A program made the translations under genes and the position numbers. 64,000 nucleotides of DNA from assembly GCA_049515895.1 (NCBI GenBank), contig JBEKTQ010000001.1, positions 162,535 to 226,534 of the forward strand, written 5' to 3'. The notes below the pieces were generated by a model that saw only the letters and a program-made list of their open reading frames with translations, was not told the origin of the DNA and ran no database searches. The stretch's first letter is position 1; each line of letters starts with the position of its first letter. This stretch comes from Candidatus Bathyarchaeia archaeon (GTDB lineage Archaea; Thermoproteota; Bathyarchaeia; Bathyarchaeales; Bathycorpusculaceae). Positions 58,865 to 64,000 of the stretch are shown here, one piece after another.

Positions 58865-59104
58865 TTATTTGATTATTTCGCCAATTGCAGCTTTTTCGCC
58901 GACTTGTGTTACCTTTATTTTGACGCGGTCTCTGGGTTTGGCGTTTGGCACCATTATGACGTAGCCTTGAATTTTTGACATTCCGTCTCCACTGGGACAA
59001 ACGTCTGTGATGTTCACTTCCAATTCGTCATCCACAGCGACTGGGGGTTGCTTCTCAACATGTTTAATCTTGCATTTTCCCCCTCGCACTCTTCTATGAA
59101 CCAT
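58865..59104 (-). CDS. Single TRAM-domain RNA-binding protein
   Basis: PPV...LEVNI....SGDG...IQGYVIMVP. Confidence 0.85.
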   Translation of the reverse strand: MVHRRVRGGKCKIKHVEKQPPVAVDDELEVNITDVCPSGDGMSKIQGYVIMVPNAKPRDRVKIKVTQVGEKAAIGEIIK

Positions 59105-59512
59105 GCAAAAACCTTGCCTTCTTTTTGTGTTAGTGGAAATGAGTGCTTAAGTCTTTCTTAGCTCCTTCATAATTTATCAAGATAGTCTTTTCACTTTTGG
59201 TTTAAATTAAAGCCTTTAGTGCAGGAGTGGATTTTTACCCTCAACAAAGTGGAGCCGTCGTCCCCAAAACCTCCTTTTTTCCTTCGGAGGTCAGAATCAT
59301 TTTGGTGAAACATCATTTTTATGAAGTAAAACCCTACTTCACATTTAATTTTTTATCCTTTTTAAGTGAATAATGGCGCTTATTCGCTTTAAATCGCGCC
59401 GAGGAAATTAGGTAAATTATTTATGCTAAAATCGAGCAAAGGAGCTTAGGTTGAGAAAGGCTTCTATTCTGCTTCTTCTCAACCAAAATAAAATATAGGA
59501 GAAAAAAGAAAA

Positions 59513-62170
59513 ATGCAAATAAGAAACAATAAAAAAATAGCTGTTACAATCGCTATACTTTTGACAATTTCAATGTTAGCTTCGATGACACTATCACCCT
59601 TGGCACTAGCTCAAGTTTACCCACCGAAAGGAACTCACATTCCGTCTTATTCCTTCATTAACGTCGCTCCTAACCCTGTAGGCATCGGTCAAACAGTGAA
59701 CGTTAACTTTTTCCTTTCTGCACCTCTACCGAGCGTCGAAGATGCTAAAAATATGACAGTTGTAGAAACAACACCTGCTGGCACATCTAAGACCCTAGGT
59801 CCGTATACATCAGACCTCACCGGAGGCACATTTTTCAACTTCGTTCCCGACACAATTGGCAATTACACATTCAAATTGATCTACGGCGGACAAACACTTT
59901 CAGGAACTGGCCCTTTTTCAGGACTTATTAGCGATCCCAGCCAAAGTCAAGTAGAAACTCTTGTAGTGCAGCAACAGCCGATAATACACACGGCATACCC
60001 GTTTACTCCACTTCCAACATCCTACTGGCAAACCCCGGTCTCTGCAGAAAACGTTCAAAACTGGTACCCTCTCACTGGACCATGGCTAGGATATGGAGCA
60101 GTCACATTTGCAACAACAGGAGGCTACAACGTTTCCTGCAACTATAATCCCTACACTCTGTCAGTAAAAAGTGGTCATGTTCTCTGGACAAAACCATGGG
60201 CGGCGGGTGGTGTAGTTGGCGGAGACTTAGGAGGCAATGAGCAAGACAGCTCCTACTGGTCAACAAGTCAGTATGAACCGAAATATGCGCCAGTCGTTAT
60301 GAACGGCATAATGTACTCAACATGGTATACAACGAGCACTGCCTATTCAAACGGTATCGCAGCAGTAAACCTCTACAATGGACAAACAATGTGGGTCATA
60401 AACACTACTAATGCGCTTCGCTGCGGAATGAATGTGAACGAAAAAACGATCAATCAATATGGCGTTGTAGGTCCCTACATCTGGACTACAGGAACACTGC
60501 CGCCATCCGACACGGGAGGAACTCTAATCGCTGAGCAAGCATTTGCAACCCAATGGAACATGTATGATGCTCTGACTGGAAAGTACGTTCTTAGCGTTGC
60601 CAATGGGTCAGCTTTGACGCTTAGGACGGATGCTATTGGTGATATGATAGGATACTTCATTAACAATACAGCTGGCACCGAAGTGACACATCCAGTTCCA
60701 GGAACTAATGTGCTCGTCAAGAATACCGCGCCTCACTTGACCATGGTTAACATGACGATGGCTATCGGACAGGGAACGAATCAGCAATGGACACCTAGAG
60801 TCAATTCAGTGTATTCAATGAGTACCGGGTATATGTGGTCTGTACAAGTGCCTAACAACATTTCGGGAGTGCCCCTCAGTCCAGCCCTCGCACTAAACTC
60901 CATAACAGGAAACGCGGTGATAATGACGGCGGGATTCTCTAATGGGCAAGGAGTTGGAGGTGATCAGGAAGGCTGGCTTGTCGTAGCAACCATGGACCAG
61001 GATTCGGGCCAAGTATTAATGCTTTCGAACATAACTTACTCTCAGACAGCAGCTCTATTGCCTTGGACAAGAACAACTGAAGTATACGGAGAAGGCTTAA
61101 TCGTCATCGCCAACGACGTAAGTTACGACACCGTAGCCTACAATGTGCGCACAGGCACCAAAGTGTGGGAACAAACTCTGACAGGTGAAAACGGAGCCGC
61201 ACCAAACGCCTACGATCTCTTCAGTCTTAAGCCCTACTTTGGACCCGGAGTTATCTTGTGGGAAGGCTTGGGAGGCGACCTCTGGTGTCAAAGTGCCACA
61301 AATGGAAAGATCTTATGGTACACCAATACAACCACACTCATTGGTCCCTCTGGAATTGAAACTCCATACAACGTTTGGCCGCTATGGGTTTTTACCAGCT
61401 CATGTGTCTCCAACGACATTGCTTACTTAGCGATCGGTCACGAATACAATCCACCCCTATTCCATGGAGCCCAGCTGCTTGCAATAAACATCACTAACGG
61501 AAACCTTGTTTGGAGCGAACTTGACACGAGCGTTACATCCACAGAAATTTCATACGGAATCGTACTGTCACTCAACGCCTACGACAACCAAGTATATGCT
61601 TTCGGCCAAGGTCCCACTGCAACAACAATTTCAGCTCCCAACATCGGCGTCACAACCGCTACTCCAATAACAATAACGGGTACGGTTATAGACGTGTCTG
61701 CAGGCACAAAACAACAGGCAGTCGCAGCAAATTTCCCCAACGGCGTTCCAGCAGTGTCTGACGCAAGCATGAGCATATTTATGGCAGCCGTATACCAGCA
61801 ACAGCCGATGCCACACGACATAACTGGTGTTCCGGTGACGTTCTCGGTTATAGATTCTAACGGCAACTACCGAACGATCGGGTCGACAACCACGAACGGT
61901 TTAGGCGACTACTCGTTCACTTGGAAACCGGACATACCAGGCAACTACACAGTCTACGCTACCTTCGCAGGCACACAATCCTACTACGGATCCACCGCCT
62001 CAACAGGATTCTATGCCAGCACACCAGCAGCAACACCCGCACCAACAGCAACACCACTTAGCGGCGTCGCCACACAAACCACACTCGAATACATAGGCAT
62101 CGCGATCATCATCGTCATAATCATAATCGGCGCGGTACTCGCACTTTTAGTCACAAGAAAACGGCCATGA
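59513..62170 (+). CDS. Large secreted PQQ-like beta-propeller surface protein with Ig-like domains and C-terminal anchor
   Basis: Signal peptide, APNPVGIGQ, repeated A.N..TG..W motifs, W.P..PG.YTV.ATF.G, TM plus RKRP. Confidence 0.82.
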   Translation: MQIRNNKKIAVTIAILLTISMLASMTLSPLALAQVYPPKGTHIPSYSFINVAPNPVGIGQTVNVNFFLSAPLPSVEDAKNMTVVETTPAGTSKTLGPYTSDLTGGTFFNFVPDTIGNYTFKLIYGGQTLSGTGPFSGLISDPSQSQVETLVVQQQPIIHTAYPFTPLPTSYWQTPVSAENVQNWYPLTGPWLGYGAVTFATTGGYNVSCNYNPYTLSVKSGHVLWTKPWAAGGVVGGDLGGNEQDSSYWSTSQYEPKYAPVVMNGIMYSTWYTTSTAYSNGIAAVNLYNGQTMWVINTTNALRCGMNVNEKTINQYGVVGPYIWTTGTLPPSDTGGTLIAEQAFATQWNMYDALTGKYVLSVANGSALTLRTDAIGDMIGYFINNTAGTEVTHPVPGTNVLVKNTAPHLTMVNMTMAIGQGTNQQWTPRVNSVYSMSTGYMWSVQVPNNISGVPLSPALALNSITGNAVIMTAGFSNGQGVGGDQEGWLVVATMDQDSGQVLMLSNITYSQTAALLPWTRTTEVYGEGLIVIANDVSYDTVAYNVRTGTKVWEQTLTGENGAAPNAYDLFSLKPYFGPGVILWEGLGGDLWCQSATNGKILWYTNTTTLIGPSGIETPYNVWPLWVFTSSCVSNDIAYLAIGHEYNPPLFHGAQLLAINITNGNLVWSELDTSVTSTEISYGIVLSLNAYDNQVYAFGQGPTATTISAPNIGVTTATPITITGTVIDVSAGTKQQAVAANFPNGVPAVSDASMSIFMAAVYQQQPMPHDITGVPVTFSVIDSNGNYRTIGSTTTNGLGDYSFTWKPDIPGNYTVYATFAGTQSYYGSTASTGFYASTPAATPAPTATPLSGVATQTTLEYIGIAIIIVIIIIGAVLALLVTRKRP

Positions 62171-62473
62171 GCTAAAGTCGCAAAACAAAAAATCTATCCC
62201 CCTTTTTTAGTTCCTAAAAAGCAATGAGAAGAGATGAAAAAGAGAAAAATATGGGCGCTGAGAAGGCTCTGGCTCAATTCACGCATTCTCAATAGATACG
62301 GATTAGTCATTTGCATGTGGTCCTTTTCTCCTTTAGGACCAGTGGTTCAGCAAACCCTAAATGATCAAAGATGTTCACCAATCTCCAAGTTTTTTTTGAG
62401 AAACCTGATTTCAGAAGACGCAAGCTTCAGCAAAACCATAACCCAAACGGACCCGCTATGGCTTTGCTTATGT

Positions 62474-62498
62474 TGGTGCAGGGGGTGGGATTTGAACC
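62474..62498 (-). mobile_element. tRNA 3'-end fragment (T-arm, acceptor strand, CCA): probable att-site remnant
   Basis: Minus strand GGTTCAAATCCCACCCCCTGCACCA with no matching 5' half upstream. Confidence 0.65.
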
Positions 62499-62845
62499 AC
62501 TTACTAGTGGCGATGTCACCAGCTTCCCTTTTTTATAACTTTTTATCGTTCGATTCTGAAATCTGAATACGGCTAAACCTTTCTCTTTGAGTTTTTGAAA
62601 TAAACAGCTCTAAGAATGTTAACGCAATTTCCTGGTAAAACTATTTTTTTATGTTCATTTTTCTTCACTTTTATTACCGCTGTTTCCACTCCTTTTTTCC
62701 TTTGTTTTTTGTTTTGCCTTTTACTTCGTTTTTCGGTTTGTTTTTTGTTTTGTTTTTAATTTTGATTGCACCCCCGCTCTTCTCTTCAACTGTTCAATTG
62801 TCACGCACCCTTATTCGTTTTGCCTCGATTGAAGAATTGATAGCT

Positions 62846-63379
62846 TTATTTGGCAATTAGTACGGCGCATCTTGCTCGGTGGGCGACTCTTTCGCTTGTG
62901 CTGCCCAGAAATAGTTCTTTGATTTGGCTGTCCCCTCTGTGACCTATAACTATTAAGTCGAATTCTCCGTTCGCAGCAGTCTCAACTATCTGTGATGATG
63001 CGTCTCCTTCCTTGAGTTCGGCGGTGATTTTAAGGGCAGGCTTTAGTTTGGTCGCTCTTTCAGTGGCTCTGGACAAAACTGCCTCATGCACCTTTCTAAA
63101 TTCCTTGATAATTGACTGGTAACCTATTGACTCTGGGGAATATCCAGACGATGAAGGCTGCTGAAACATGTTAAGTTGATTTCCAATCTCTGGAGGCAAC
63201 TGAAAAACGTTGAGTATTAGAACAGAGGCGGAAAACTTGTCAGCTATTTCAAGAGCGTAATCCACAGCTTTTTCAGAGTTTTCAGAACCGTCTGCGCCTA
63301 CAAGAATTTTCGTTATCAAACGTGTATCCCTTGTGTTTAATTTGCGAGTGAAGCTCATAGACTTTTCGTCATTGCTCAA
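62846..63379 (-). CDS. Universal stress protein
   Basis: ILVGADGSENS, DLIVIGHRG, LGSTSERV. Confidence 0.9.
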   Translation of the reverse strand: MSNDEKSMSFTRKLNTRDTRLITKILVGADGSENSEKAVDYALEIADKFSASVLILNVFQLPPEIGNQLNMFQQPSSSGYSPESIGYQSIIKEFRKVHEAVLSRATERATKLKPALKITAELKEGDASSQIVETAANGEFDLIVIGHRGDSQIKELFLGSTSERVAHRARCAVLIAK

Positions 63380-63740
63380 AATGCAATATTCACTTTTGTT
63401 ACATTAGTATGGTTGAATCTGTCCTATGTGTGGTGGAAAAACTCACAAACGTTTGAAAAGAGGTTAGACGACTCTTCATATGAAACCACAAATCATAAAA
63501 AAACAACAAACCTATGATGCTCGATATCTTTTTACGGCATAACTGCTATTCTCCACATTGATTAACGCTTGCGGGTAAGTTACGTTTTCTTCTTTGTATC
63601 TTTCGGGGTGTCTGCGCTTATCACTTATCCAAGTTACTTTGCTTTCCATTACGTTTCGCCCAAAGGGCTCAAAGTTCTTAACTGCCCGATATTTGTCTTC
63701 ATTACATTAGATTTTGAATATATGGTTTGTGAACTATAGA

Positions 63741-63998
63741 TTAGTCCGTCAACTTCATTTCTATGATAGAAAAGCCCAATTTATCGAACGTCCGATAATG
63801 GACGAATAATTCATAAATCCTAATTAGATGAAGCCTCAAAATGATAATCATGTGCAATTTACCAAATTTCCAAACTAAAGATTTAGAAGAAAATTTGCAA
63901 CAAAGAAAAAAGCAAACGAAAAAAATTGACGCTGAAACGATTGAAATAATCGTGCCTCCCACAATCTCGTTAAGTTGCAAATAAATGAAACGTTTCAT
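63741..63998 (-). CDS. Possible membrane protein or 3' part of a gene crossing the window edge
   Basis: One hydrophobic segment; AT-rich; no motifs. Confidence 0.3.
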   Translation of the reverse strand: MKRFIYLQLNEIVGGTIISIVSASIFFVCFFLCCKFSSKSLVWKFGKLHMIIILRLHLIRIYELFVHYRTFDKLGFSIIEMKLTD

Positions 63999-64000
63999 CC

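Noticed and set aside
108-61866. Many antisense or nested ORFs of 60-200 aa in the ORF track
   Set aside because: They are shadows of well-supported genes and have no independent motifs.
62234-62860. 110-aa and 69-aa + strand ORFs
   Set aside because: They cross the tRNA remnant or a T-rich tract; composition looks non-coding.

Overview
Archaeal chromosomal segment, most likely Bathyarchaeia (TACK); this is inferred from the gene repertoire and sequence style. Housekeeping genes: rps13-rps4-rps11-rpoD-rpl18e-rpl13-rps9-rpoN, hel308, purB, serA, glyA, ltaE, dph6, pcc1, and an intron-containing tRNA-Glu(CUC). Other loci: an Fe-S locus (degenerate IscS-like, IscU, SufS, small unknown), a split glutamate synthase operon with a divergent AbrB-PhoU regulator, LonC-type protease, two GT4 glycosyltransferases, a peptide ABC transporter, a Tat-exported multicopper oxidase and several large secreted proteins. 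The standout is an unannotated ~315-nt + strand intergenic RNA candidate (43613-43928). It has its own TATA box, a 9-bp closing stem and three ~90-nt tandem domains whose stems and loop-tail pseudoknot covary between copies. A second candidate K-turn/box C/D-like RNA (25629-25769), probable CTG/ATT start codons, a tRNA 3'-end att remnant and two reading-frame anomalies were also seen. All calls come from reading the sequence; no database searches were run.
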